Shown one piece after another: positions 13,066 to 24,606 of a DNA stretch of 64,000 nt (positions are counted from its first letter, which is position 1; each line of letters opens with the position of its first letter). Location of the stretch: NCBI GenBank assembly GCA_004022145.1, contig RCNU01000007.1. One strand, written 5' to 3'. The position numbers and the translations under genes were made by a program. Source of the stretch: Paecilomyces variotii (lineage: Eukaryota). The notes below the pieces were generated by a model. That model worked only from the letters and a program-made list of their open reading frames with translations. It was not told where the DNA came from and searched no databases.

Positions 13066-14459
13066 CGCTCGCTTTTTTGGTGGAACGTATTCTGACTGAC
13101 AATGTTGAGTATCTGGGTGGGAATTCAAGACAAGTCCATAAAGCTTGATTAGGTATTCAAATATTATTGACAGGATAGTCCCAAGCACTAAAAACGAGCT
13201 TAGAATCATGTGACTATTAACAGTCTAACCAGATTCAGACTAACAAGACCACCGTGGGCAGCTTGAATCTCGGTCACAATTGAGAGCTGGTATCTGGAAG
13301 CTGGTTGGGAGAAGAGACTTCATGGATAGGTAGATAATTCCCCCAAGATCTTCTCGCAGATTCTGGATCCTCATAGCTAACGCACTTGCTAGGTTGTGCT
13401 AAGTACTGTTGGTTCTCAAGTGCCCAAGTCCAGAATGCACACACCAGATAAGACCTGTATAGCCACCAATGACCAATAATTCCATCGATATCATTGTATC
13501 TGGTAAGATGGGTGTTTTCGCTACCTTACATGGCATATCCCTCTAACGTTAAAAGTTTAGGCATAGTAATCCTGATTTGAAGGAGGTAATAATTGGTCAG
13601 GCGAATTCTCTGCTCGTACTTATCCGTCGGTAGACCTGCTCCAGTCCATACCTAACATGGACTAAGTCCCTAGATGGTTAAGGTTACGGAACGGGCGGAA
13701 GTTACCTAGTACATCCTATATACTCCACCAACGGGGTTTATTATTTCTTCTCTTTTCTTTTCTTTTGAAGTTGCGGATGATGCCAACACAGCCGTTAAGG
13801 ATACCAAGAGGCTGATTAACCAAAGGAAAGGTAGTTAGTTAGTTACCAATTAAATCACTACAGAGCGACTGTCCTGTATGCTTGCTTTTGATGGGAACGG
13901 CTCCAAACTTCACCCTTTAAGATTCTGTCCGACTCAGGAAGCAGCATCTGCAACGTATGCTTATTTATCTTCGCATCGATGGAACGAATCCAAGACACAG
14001 TTATATAGCAACATGAACCAGGTACTTCTGGAAGTTATAATAATAGCACAAAGTAGGCCCATAGGGAAGTTCTTTCGGGGAGCTAATCACTCGCAGTTCT
14101 TCAAAAGTTCCTGCTACTGAGCTAAGTCAATCTCTATCGCAGATTGTCAACGATAATTTATTCCTATTCCGAATCCAGCATTTATGCAGTGACTTCTGGC
14201 ACAGCCAGATGACTGGGGGCGTCCAATGTAAGATACTAAGGCAAGCAACTACTCCGCTTTTCCGAACTAACACCTCGCTGCCCCACTATAAGTACCGTGC
14301 AACGGCGGAGTAACTATAGAGCCGTATGGTATATCCTGAACCAAGATATAAAGGAGAATCGGATTGCTTTAATGACACTGTAGCTCTTTTCTGTGTTATC
14401 TTCCAAGCTCCTGATATTTTGTGCCCTAGAACACTAGATTCTAGATCTAGAAATACAAC

Positions 14460-15824
14460 ATGGCTTTCTACACCAAGGAAGTTATCGCAGCTCTTGATTC
14501 AATCCACCTAGAGAAGCTTAACGGCAATGAAGTAGAACGCCTACAAGTACGCGCTGCTGCACGTCGATTGCTTTCTCGTTTGGAGACGCCTTACGAGCGC
14601 GCCTGGGGCTTTAGCTTCGAACATCCTGTGGTATTTGCCGCTCTACAGACTTTTATCGATGTGAGCCTTTGGGAATCCTGGACTGCTGTTGGGGGTGGTG
14701 AGAAGTCTATCGACGAATTGGTCGAATTAACCACTCCTAAGGTCGATACAAATCTGCTACGTACGCTTTAATACTTACCTTCTTGTTGTCTATCAAGCTT
14801 ACAACGGGTATATAGGTCGTTTCTTTCGCCTGCTAGCAACCGTCAACATAGTTGAAGAGACGAGAGAAGACAGATTCAAACCTACCTTATTTTCATTAGC
14901 TATCGGAGACGAGAGTCCCAAGGTCCGCGCCGCGCTTCAAGAAGGGTATGGATACTCCGAGCAACTATTCCACGCTGCAAGTGAGCTAACGGTTGGCCAG
15001 AGCATATCAATTTATTGCTGCTGGCCATAACCTGCCAAAGTACCTGGCAAAGATCTCTTATAGGGAACCTACAGACGCGAACGTCAATAATTACTCGGAC
15101 AGTGATCCAGACGGCCTTAGCTTCTTCGGGCGATTACAGAGAAGCCCCGCTTATTATGAGACCTTTACTGAATTCATGCGGGGGTGGACGGCATGGAAGA
15201 CACCATGGACGACGGTATACAACACGGACAAGCTTCTGGAAGGCGCCAACATAAGTGCTTTATCTCCTCTCGTGGTTGATGTCGGTGGCAATACGGGAAT
15301 TGATCTTTCCTATGTCCTTGCCAAGCATCCAGGTCTTCCAGCTGGATCACTCGTCTTGCAAGATCTTCCAGAAGTAATTGCCAATGTCAAGGTCGATGAA
15401 AGGATCAAGACTATGGCACATGACTTCTTTTTACCTCAGCCCGTGCAAGGTAAGGCTGCACTTAAGAATTCATATAGGTAGTTTTGTATATACTCACACC
15501 CAGCCTGTAGGGAGTCGTGCTTACTTCATGCACGCCGTCCTCCATGATTGGCCGGACGACAAAGCGAAACAACTGTTGTCGAATACCAGAGAGGCTATGG
15601 TAAAGGGTTACTCCAAGCTTTTCGTATACGAGATTGTCCTTCCACCAACAGGAGCCAGCATTAGTCAAGCCACTATGGACGTCAATATGATGTCGTTGTT
15701 ATCGGCTTCTGAGAGGACTCAAAGCGCGTGGGAGAGGCTATTGGGCGATGCTGGTCTCAAGATTATTGAGATTTGGCCAGACCCTCAAGAGTGCGAGATG
15801 CTCATCGAGGCTGAGGTCGCGTAG
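14460..15824 (+). CDS. SAM-dependent O-methyltransferase (Methyltransf_2 family), 4 exons
   Basis: Exons ~14460-14760, 14816-14945, 15001-15449 and 15511-15824 splice in frame. Motifs VVDVGGNTG, LVLQDLP, AHDFFLPQPV, YFMHAVLHDWPD and ERT. Confidence 0.88.
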
Positions 15825-16410
15825 GAAGCGACTTGTGGGGGACTAGTTTGAAAATCTGTTAATGATATTCTATCTTCATTTGCCCCCAGTTAGATTGATA
15901 ATGATTCGGTGGTACAGCCGGCTCGTAGGTGGATTACGTCGACCTTGAATATCTAGAAGCTCTCCATACTCTAAGGGTCTGGAAATGGATATAGTGAGAA
16001 AGTACCATGGAAGCTGGTGATGGTGATGATGAAACCAAGGAGCCGCCCGCGATTCTTCGAGGAGGTTGGTGACGTGGTCACGGCATCGGAATACTCCCAC
16101 ATCAGGAAGTCACGATCAGAAATAACGCTATTAGTTCTACGGCTGTTACTCCAGCTTATACAGCAGTAAGATAGTGACTTGTGTTCCCACCAAGGCATAT
16201 TATCGTAGACTGAGAATGCAGAGTAATAACTACGATCTATTCGATCTTGATGGGGGATACTACAGGAGTTCAAGCCACCAATCAGAACGTCACAAAGGTG
16301 CTGCAACCCCGCCTCAAAGAAGCATTATTTCACAACTCAATCAAGAAGCCCACAGCGACTATCCTTTCGCACCACTTTGAAGCATAAGGTATTTTGACAT
16401 CATCAGTAAG

Positions 16411-18794
16411 ATGAGAATATCTATCGCGTGTCTGGTATTGTTGATGGCTAGGCTTTACGGGGTAATGGCAAGAGGTAGGTATCTTCTTGCCACGAACTCT
16501 ATCATCCTTAATACTAACAGCAGTACTGTCAGAAGCTCTCCATACCGCCGCCATTCACTATCATGAGAAGAGCCGTACCTTAACCCCCCCAAACAATTAC
16601 AATGGCTGGGTCAACCCTGAAGACCTCCCTGCTATGCCACAATGCATTGCTCAGCAGAATCAATCCGCCTGGTTGAATGCCATAACGGAGTGCACGGCCA
16701 AACAGTGTACCTCATACTTTGGGTTTATTTGCACCCATCAGCAATGGCTGACTGAGCTCTGCTGTCTCACCATTGCATTTCCCTCTGATGTTCTCGAGAG
16801 TTATCTCCCCTACTGCGGTAGATCAGTACTCGCCAAGGCGCAGTTGTATCTATGGATTTGGAATGTAACCGGCCGAACGTGGCTTGTCGATGTTGGCGAC
16901 GCGAACGGGCTGCAGAATCTCTCCCCAGCCTCCCTAGCTGAAGGCTATGCGGACCTGAGCGTGATCTATAATGCACCATCATGTCTGACTGGCTCGGTTT
17001 CCGCTCAGTCGATGGAACGATTTCAACATGTGGTAGCCTCCTGTATGTTCACTGGCACTACCCAACATACCGGAAATGCCGCTCGTCCTTGGGAATATAG
17101 TGAATTTCTACAGTCAATGATCGCTCTGGATTTCGAAACTGTTGGTTACGATCTCACCCGATATAGCATCAGAGACGGCGACTATATTGATAAAGAGTGC
17201 TTCTGCAACGCCTTTACTGTAGATCTAAAAAGCGAACCCTGCTTAGGGTCAGGGCAAATGGACCTGACAAAGGAGCGGCTATGGATGAATGCCACTTGTG
17301 GGTCGATGTCCCTACCTGGTAACTGGACGGACAAGCTCAAAACCACCGAATTTGCGTACATCCCTATTGAGGACTGGCACTGGCCCATGTGTGTCGCGGA
17401 TATGCCGAAGCAGGTGATCGAGCTTCCTGATCAGTGTGCGACTGATGCTTGTGAGATCGACTTAGATGGTTACTGCAAAGTTAAGCGCGCAGTTGATAGG
17501 GCTTGCTTTTGCCGCGACATCAGCTACGATTCCTGCGGAGGTTTGTGCCAGATATTCGAGACCCGAATAGACTATATCAATTGGCTTCGCGACCTTTGTG
17601 GAAATGTAAAGGATTGGCATGGTCTACCTCATAACTGGCGTCAATTAGCCGCTCCCACGTCTCTCGACATGATTCCATGGCGATGGACTGTCAAACCGTC
17701 TAACTGTTCAAACAGTGCCCATATTACCCGTTTGGGATATATCAGACCAACGGAAACATGCGCCTCAAATGGATGGAAGCTCAGAAGCTTTGCTCTAGTC
17801 AATATAGCTACGTTTCTTGCTGCGTTCCTCAGCCTTCAAAAAGTTATGCGTCGAATCGCACGCGATTTTCCACGACATTCACGCCCGTGGTGTTGGTTGT
17901 TCAAGGGAATCATCATAACCGCTCTTCAACTCCTTGCAAACTGGTTCAATGTGTTTCTCGTCCAGACAACCCCTGGCTATAAGGATGTCCCCTTATTCCA
18001 ATTAATGCTCCTCTGGTGCTCAATACCTCGACCCGCCTGGCTAACAATTTTGCTGGTTGGTGTACAACCCTTTGAAACGATGAATTTCTCTGCCGCTGGG
18101 TCTTCTTTATGTGCAGAAGTGTTACTCCAGTTTGCCTCATCATATTATATGTCTACAACCATCAACTATGGCAGGGAGCATAACCTCTATCTTGGAGGTA
18201 TGGAAGGAGCGGAGAGACAAGGGCTAGCAAAAATTATGTATGATGGAGCACTCATGTGGCTCCTGAGCATTAGCCTGGCACTCGCTCAATTGGTGCGGAC
18301 TACACGTAGGATGAATCGGTTGGTCAGATTTAGTAGCCTCGATCTACTAAAGTGGCAGAGAGGCAAGCAGACAATATGGAGCATTGCGGAAGAGCTGATG
18401 ACCTAACGTTACGCACGGTTCAAGGAGAATTTCGCACCCTATTGGGTAGATCAGTGTATGAGCTCGGAAGAAACACCGCTGACAAAGTGCAAAGGAAGAG
18501 ACGATATGAAGTATGGCACTTTCTCTGTCGAAAGTCAAGATCACTGGCTTTCTCAGAAACTATTTGTGGAATTATATGCGGCTACGGTTATTTACATGTT
18601 TTTCCTTTGGATCGCGCAGTGGCTCTTCTGGGGTGTATTTCTTAAGCTTAGTTCGGAAGAGTAAGTATTTACGCACCCAGTTACTTGATTTATAGTAGCT
18701 AACCGGACTTAGGTTCTGTCCTCCTAGGCTTGGGGTTCTCGCAGTAATATGGATTGCTTTCTCAGTGGCGGGTACTATTGTTGCAGCTATTTGA
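16411..18794 (+). pseudogene. Signal-peptide, Cys-rich (CFEM-like repeats) multi-pass membrane protein with an in-frame premature stop
   Basis: Exon 1 MRISIACLVLLMARLYGVMAR, intron ~16475-16520, then a long Cys-rich ectodomain and several TM segments. TAA at 18404-18406 is followed in the same frame by RYARFKENF...MSSEETPL...WIAQWLFWGVF, an intron 18661-18711 and a last exon FCPPRLGVLAVIWIAFS...AAI-TGA (18794). Confidence 0.65.
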
Positions 18795-19077
18795 CCCAAG
18801 TATGTTATAGGAGCAGGGCAATCTTTCTAGCATCTAGTATGTATCTAGTAATACCATTGCTTTGCCTGCAGACATGTGCGAACTCGGCTTTCATAGACCG
18901 AATCAAACTATCAAAACAATCCTGACCTAGATCCTTCCACGCCTTTTCTGCTGCTCTAGTATATAAATTAGAGAAGTTACACGAACTATCGTCATGGTGC
19001 AGTTCGGTTCTCCTTGGCAAGCCCTGATCTCCTCAGGAAACAAGCCCCATGAAAGCCCGACGAAGGCTTCCCGAACT

Positions 19078-20661
19078 TTACCGTAAGCTAGAGACGTTAG
19101 TCTGGTGTAATGTTCGGTCCCCTATTGTTTCAGTTTCTCCGGCTTCAGGAGTAGCTTCCCGTGATCGGTTCAGTAATCGATCGATCGATTCCTTGACCGG
19201 CTTCCATAGGGCTTTGCGCGCATTTTGGGTGAATTTGCTTTTTATACCGCCATGCTTTGTTGCGCCTGGTGATCCTGAGTCATTCTGAACCTGAAGAGCT
19301 TCTTCTCTGGCCTTGTGGTGCAATGATTCTTCTATGACGGGGCCGTGCGTCTCACCCTCGAATTGAGCGTCCCAAGCAGCAGTGAGATCTTCTAGTCTCT
19401 GGAGTGAAAAATTGCACATTTTTTCCATCCTCTCTTCTGCAACTGGCGATAGTTTCATCCTGCCGTCCTGCAAAGTATATGCCGGCAACTGCACAAACCT
19501 TTCTACAATCTTCACTGTGTCGAGCACTACCTCTCTCTGGGCCCAGAACCACTCTTTGTGTCCCTTTCCGCACTGCTCGCACTTGATGACCTGTAGCTTA
19601 TGATGCCGGAGGATAGCTTGAGCAAGCCTTTTCGCCTTCTGGGCACCGACAAAGGGTCCGTCGGTGGTCTCGTGAATGACCTTTGTGTTAGTCCCATAGC
19701 AGTTCCCAGGCTGATGATGTCTTTTTGCTGCTGTTTCTCTAGTACAGCCGACCTTGAAAAGCCCCTTGATCTCAACGTGCTCGAGGACGTAAACTATGCC
19801 CTCCTTCTGTTCCTCCCCGGTGAGGTACTTGTATATTTCCTTGAGTACCGGCGAAGTGTCTCGCAGTGTTCCCTTACGTTGGAGAGAGGCTAGACCGATT
19901 CCTGTTATTCTAACTTCGGCCTCGTCGTGACATGAGCCATCGCTTGCCGTGGTGTGATGACTTGTGGAAAGCGTTAAATCCTCAACACTTGTCTCAAGTT
20001 CCTCGACCCTTTCGCAGTGGGTGATCTCCGGGGCTTGTTCTCTACTCGGTGCATCCCTTAGAGACCGACTAGATGATGACAAGCTATCGATTATAGATTG
20101 ACACGCCGGAGAGCTGGGGCCTTCCGTTAAAGTGATATCCAAAGTGTCTTCTATGACAATATTGTCTATGCTGTCATTTGGGCTCCTATCCGTACACTGT
20201 TCAGTAGGTTGTTCGATACTCAGCGGCAGGATAGAGGTTGCCGTGCTGCCCGCTTCGGAAAGGGACGCTATGGAACTGAAGTAATCTGTACCCGTAGCAG
20301 TCGAAGAGGTATCTTTGGATAACGAAGATGCGGCCTGCTCCCGCTGCTTCCTCCATTCGTCAAGTCGGGCTAGAGGCTTTTCTTGATGCTTGCCGCAGTG
20401 TGTAATGGTAAGAAACTCCTTAAGTTGGTGATAGAAAATGTCGGTACGAGGGCACTTGTCCATTTCTCTAAATTCAGAGAGCAAGGCGTTCGCCCGTGGT
20501 GCTTTCCCCTTGAGCCCCAGCTGGCACCTTGTTGCAGTCTTGGTGTATGCTCGACATGATGTATAGTCGGATACTTCGGGGTTTGGGAAAACGTCAATTC
20601 CCTCCTGCAGAGCAGCAAGCTCCTTGAAAATTGGATGCTCGCATGGCGTCGGTGTGACCAT
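19078..20661 (-). CDS. T5orf172 / Mug113 (GIY-YIG-like nuclease) domain protein with N-terminal Cys/His motif
   Basis: 527-aa intronless ORF. GIVYVL...LFKVGCT...KR...C...CEQCGKGHKEWF is the T5orf172/MUG113 signature. N-terminal CRAYTKTATRC...HCGKH. Confidence 0.8.
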   Translation of the reverse strand: MVTPTPCEHPIFKELAALQEGIDVFPNPEVSDYTSCRAYTKTATRCQLGLKGKAPRANALLSEFREMDKCPRTDIFYHQLKEFLTITHCGKHQEKPLARLDEWRKQREQAASSLSKDTSSTATGTDYFSSIASLSEAGSTATSILPLSIEQPTEQCTDRSPNDSIDNIVIEDTLDITLTEGPSSPACQSIIDSLSSSSRSLRDAPSREQAPEITHCERVEELETSVEDLTLSTSHHTTASDGSCHDEAEVRITGIGLASLQRKGTLRDTSPVLKEIYKYLTGEEQKEGIVYVLEHVEIKGLFKVGCTRETAAKRHHQPGNCYGTNTKVIHETTDGPFVGAQKAKRLAQAILRHHKLQVIKCEQCGKGHKEWFWAQREVVLDTVKIVERFVQLPAYTLQDGRMKLSPVAEERMEKMCNFSLQRLEDLTAAWDAQFEGETHGPVIEESLHHKAREEALQVQNDSGSPGATKHGGIKSKFTQNARKALWKPVKESIDRLLNRSREATPEAGETETIGDRTLHQTNVSSLR

Positions 20662-22263
20662 GTTGAAGTGAAAACAACCACCATGTGATGGGGAGAAATA
20701 ATGAGAGTTGCTAGTCCTTGATCACGGATAGGCCTGCCAGAGGCGACCTGTTAAATGGACAAGGAAAATGTACGTCGGCCGGCATCATCTACTTACAACC
20801 GAAGGCATCATGCGGTATATGCATTTGATTTCCTGCATATGCAGGAACTGTGGCTTATTTAAATAGGGATGTGACTCCGTCTATCTAGCTGGAATATCAT
20901 CGCCATATGGAGAGGGTATTCCGATGGCTGATCAGTGTTCCGTGATAGCACTATTCCGGAAACGAAAGAACCTCTCATTGGGACTCGGTGTTTGAACTAC
21001 TACTGGTTGGGTTGTCTTATCCTGTACTTAATCCTTGACAACTTCTCTTTGTTTCTTTTGTGTGAACTAATAACTAAAAGTGGGGTATAGATAATCGCGA
21101 CAGGAAGAACCCTACAACACACTCGAGAGAACTATTGGCCGCCGCTAATCACCGCACCCCAGCACCACCTAAACTACTCCGTATTCCTTGCAAAAGTCCA
21201 CTGCGCCCCAACAGTAGTATCTAAACTTGGGACAACCCCAGGTCGGGCACTGCAGGATGCACCAGGTCTTATGCAGACCCGAAGCCCATTATTCAATGAA
21301 AGAGTATTGTACTGTAGTTATCATTCGTTCTAAGGTAGTGGGGCTCCCGAAGTCAGGTCCCGTCGTCCCGATAACTATGGTATGCAGGTGCCAGGACCCC
21401 TACTCAGTAATTGGTATATTTATTATACGGAGTAAGCTGATAAGTGGTTGGAGAGAGAGTATATTTTTGGCGCGCGGGTCCAGAATGGGGGCCGATACGA
21501 AGTTAGACCATTGGGATGAATGAACTACGCCAGGATAAGTAGCGATCTCCGTTCTTAAAAAGACTGTCTTCCTCGACCTTCTTGAACGCGTGGATAATGC
21601 CAGCTGTTTTTTTCGCCAACAACTTCAGATATTTGATCTGTGATCTAGCGTTATAGTCGATTTACTTGGAAACCTGCTCTGTACTCGTCACGGATGGAGA
21701 AAAATCCTGACCAGATTTATTTTTCTCTGGCAAGTGTCCGGAGTTCCTCAAAGGAGAAAAAGCCAATGACGAAAAAGAGTTCTGACATTTCCGTCCCGAA
21801 GCCGAGAACTGGACGCTTCGAAAACTAGTCGATAAATCAAGAGTGACAAATGAGAAAACTGTACAGGTATTCTGGCTTTCGAGCAATGGTCCCAGAAAAT
21901 ACGTAGGCAAAGTTGTAAGTCGATAAGGTCATTGTACGCTTTACCTAAATTAATCGCATCCTACTTAGTTTCCCGACTATACCAAAGAGCAGGCTCGATA
22001 GCAACTTCGGCATCTGAGGGTGTCGAACCATGTTCCACAAATGCTAGACGATGCAGTGCACGAACTTGATAGGTTCTTCCGGGAAGCTCGGGCATATAGC
22101 CACATTGAAACAGACACTAGCTACCTAAAAATGCTACTGCTAAAAGCCAGGTATAAAAGCAGTCATTCGTCTACTAGTATCGTTTATATGTGACAAACTA
22201 TGCTCGCACTAGCCGGTCTCTGGTTTCTATCAGTCGACCCCCATCTGCCTCTGTTCCCGGAAG

Positions 22264-24606
22264 CTAATTCAAGGGAGTTTTCATGAAATCTTGGGCAACA
22301 TCAAGCATCACTTGAGCGCACATTTCCACCGTATCCCAATCCTCCTCATACGCCCACACCGGCAATTTGATCACTTTAGAGTGGAATGCAACGGCTCCAG
22401 GGAAATCGGCAGCTCTCCATTCTGCAACATATGCGTCTGGTGAATACAAATGACCTAAGATCTCCCACGGACGTCGGTACAGGGCCTCATCGTAAAGGGG
22501 TTTAGTTGAACCGGGGATATCGATGTGCTTCATCCCACGCGCCATCACTTCTCGCACATAGATCTCACGGGTCAACCCGGCCGGAGCCTGGGCTTCGTCG
22601 AACCGGAAGATCAGAGCGTACCATGCCGACTTCGCACCCGGTTCGAGCACGGGCGCCTTCAAGAAAGGAATCTGGGCAAGTGCGTCGATGAAGTGGGCTG
22701 CGCATTGCGACTTGCGCTCAAGGATTATTGGAAGTTTCTCCAATTGGTTGTTGGCAATGGAGATCGCAAGCGGGTGCGCCCGGTTCTTCAGACCGGCGCC
22801 CGTAACAGCGAAATCTTGAAGGGGGTGATCTTTGGGGATCTCCGCCTTGCATCGCTTATTGTAATGGCCGTGGATCAGCTGGCGATAATAAACTTCCGGA
22901 TGGGGGGTCAAGGAAACTCCTCCCTCGCCGCCGCTGAGTACTTTGTCGCCCTGAATAGACCAGGCGGCACCATCGCCGAAAGTTCCAATTTTCTTCCCAT
23001 TGATTGATGCACCATGGGCATGCGAACAGTCTATCAATCCGTCAGTTCAGCCATGGCTTATGATAGGAGTAAATGCTTAGTACTTACCTTCAAGCAGAAG
23101 AATACCATTCTTGCGGCAAATGTCAACAATTTCCTCCATAGCACATGGAACACCCCACATGTGGGTAACAATGACGGCCTTAGTCTTCGATGTGATTGCG
23201 CTGGAAATCTTATTTGGGTCCATGTTGCCGGTTTCAGGGTGGGCGTCAACGAACACCGGCTTCACCCCCAAATGCATGAGTGGCGAAACGGTGGCATGAA
23301 AGGTGTAGACAGGAACGATGACCTCGTCCCCAGCGCTGAGCCCAGAAGCATAATAAAGGGCGTGTAGTGCATTTGTGCCCGAGTTGTGCAACAGGGCATA
23401 GTGACCTGGGGTATCATGGAAAGTCCTGAATGCCTCCTCAAAACGGCCGAAAACACCCCCATTATTGTAGATGCTCAGGGTATCGTGGAGCTGTCTGTCA
23501 ACGGCGCGCTCGACATCTGGTGTTACCTTTGGCCATGACCACGCCTTCGCGAGCGGATTCAGTGCCGACTTGGACTCGATTTGATCACTTCCCACCCGAT
23601 AAATCTCGTCAACAAGTTGCATCACAGCAATATCTCTGTCCAGATCCCAGTTGTCGGTATTGTTATTCTCGATGAAGCTGACTAGGCCTCGCTCAAGAAG
23701 AAGGGAAGACGGCTCCTGAACAGTATATTCCTCTTGTGGTGAGAGTCTACCGGTTTCATCACGCAGGGAAAGACGGACGAGGTCTCCATCCAGGGTCAAA
23801 ATGCCTGCCTCTCCAATGACAGAGACTTTCTCTTCATTCCTTGCGCCAGAGCGAGATATAACGATCGTCGCGTTCACAGCATCGCCAAATTTGACCGAAA
23901 TGTGAGCAGTATCATCCACATCATAGTCTCCGTGACGGGTTTTCATCAGCGCGACATGCTGGACTTCAAACTGTCGACCAAAGAGACCAATGAGCTGATC
24001 GAGCATATGGTAGCCCATATCAATCACAACACCGCCTCCGGCAAGTTCCTTGTGTGCTCGCCAACCTTCCGCAAGCTCGGCGACATCAATGGATTCGACG
24101 ACCTGGACAGAACTGATCTTTCCAAGCAGAGGAAGCCATCCTTCCAAGGCGTTGTATCTTCGGGAAAATCGTCGCTGACAGAGCACACTGACTTTAACAC
24201 CATGTGCTGCGGCAAGCTTCTTAAGTTCCAACGCTTCGCTGCTGTTGCAGGCGACTGGCTTTTCCTTCAACACATTTATACCGGCCTGAAACAACTGAGG
24301 CAGCACCTTCGAATATTCATGATGGGGGATCGCCACGTAGGCCACTGACGGCGTGGCATTGTTGCGAAGAAAATCGTCCACTCCGGGGTAGATGGGAAGA
24401 TTGTCGATAGGTGCGGTCTTCACGAAAGGATCCACGGCGCCGGCAATGCGTACCAGACCTGCCTTGGAAAGCTTCAACAATGAGGGAACAGCCTTCTTCT
24501 TTGTTCTTTGACCCAAGCCCACTATCAAGCAAGATTCCCCTTGGGGATTGCCATTGGACTGTCTGCTAAGACGACGCTGTTCACGGAATTGGAGAATTGG
24601 GGACAT
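22264..24606 (-). CDS. Bifunctional Gfo/Idh/MocA NAD(P)-dependent oxidoreductase fused to DegT/DnrJ/EryC1/StrS PLP aminotransferase (~761 aa)
   Basis: N-half: IVGLG, VAIPHHEY, LKEKPVA, QRRF and WRAHKELAGGGVVIDMGYH. C-half: NSGTNAL, GDEVIVPVYTFHAT, PVFVDA, AVIVTHMWG and SIQGDKVLSGGEGG (PLP lysine). One 57-nt GT-AG intron (23087-23031) restores the canonical LLEDCSHAHGA. No stop lies between the domains. Confidence 0.92.
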
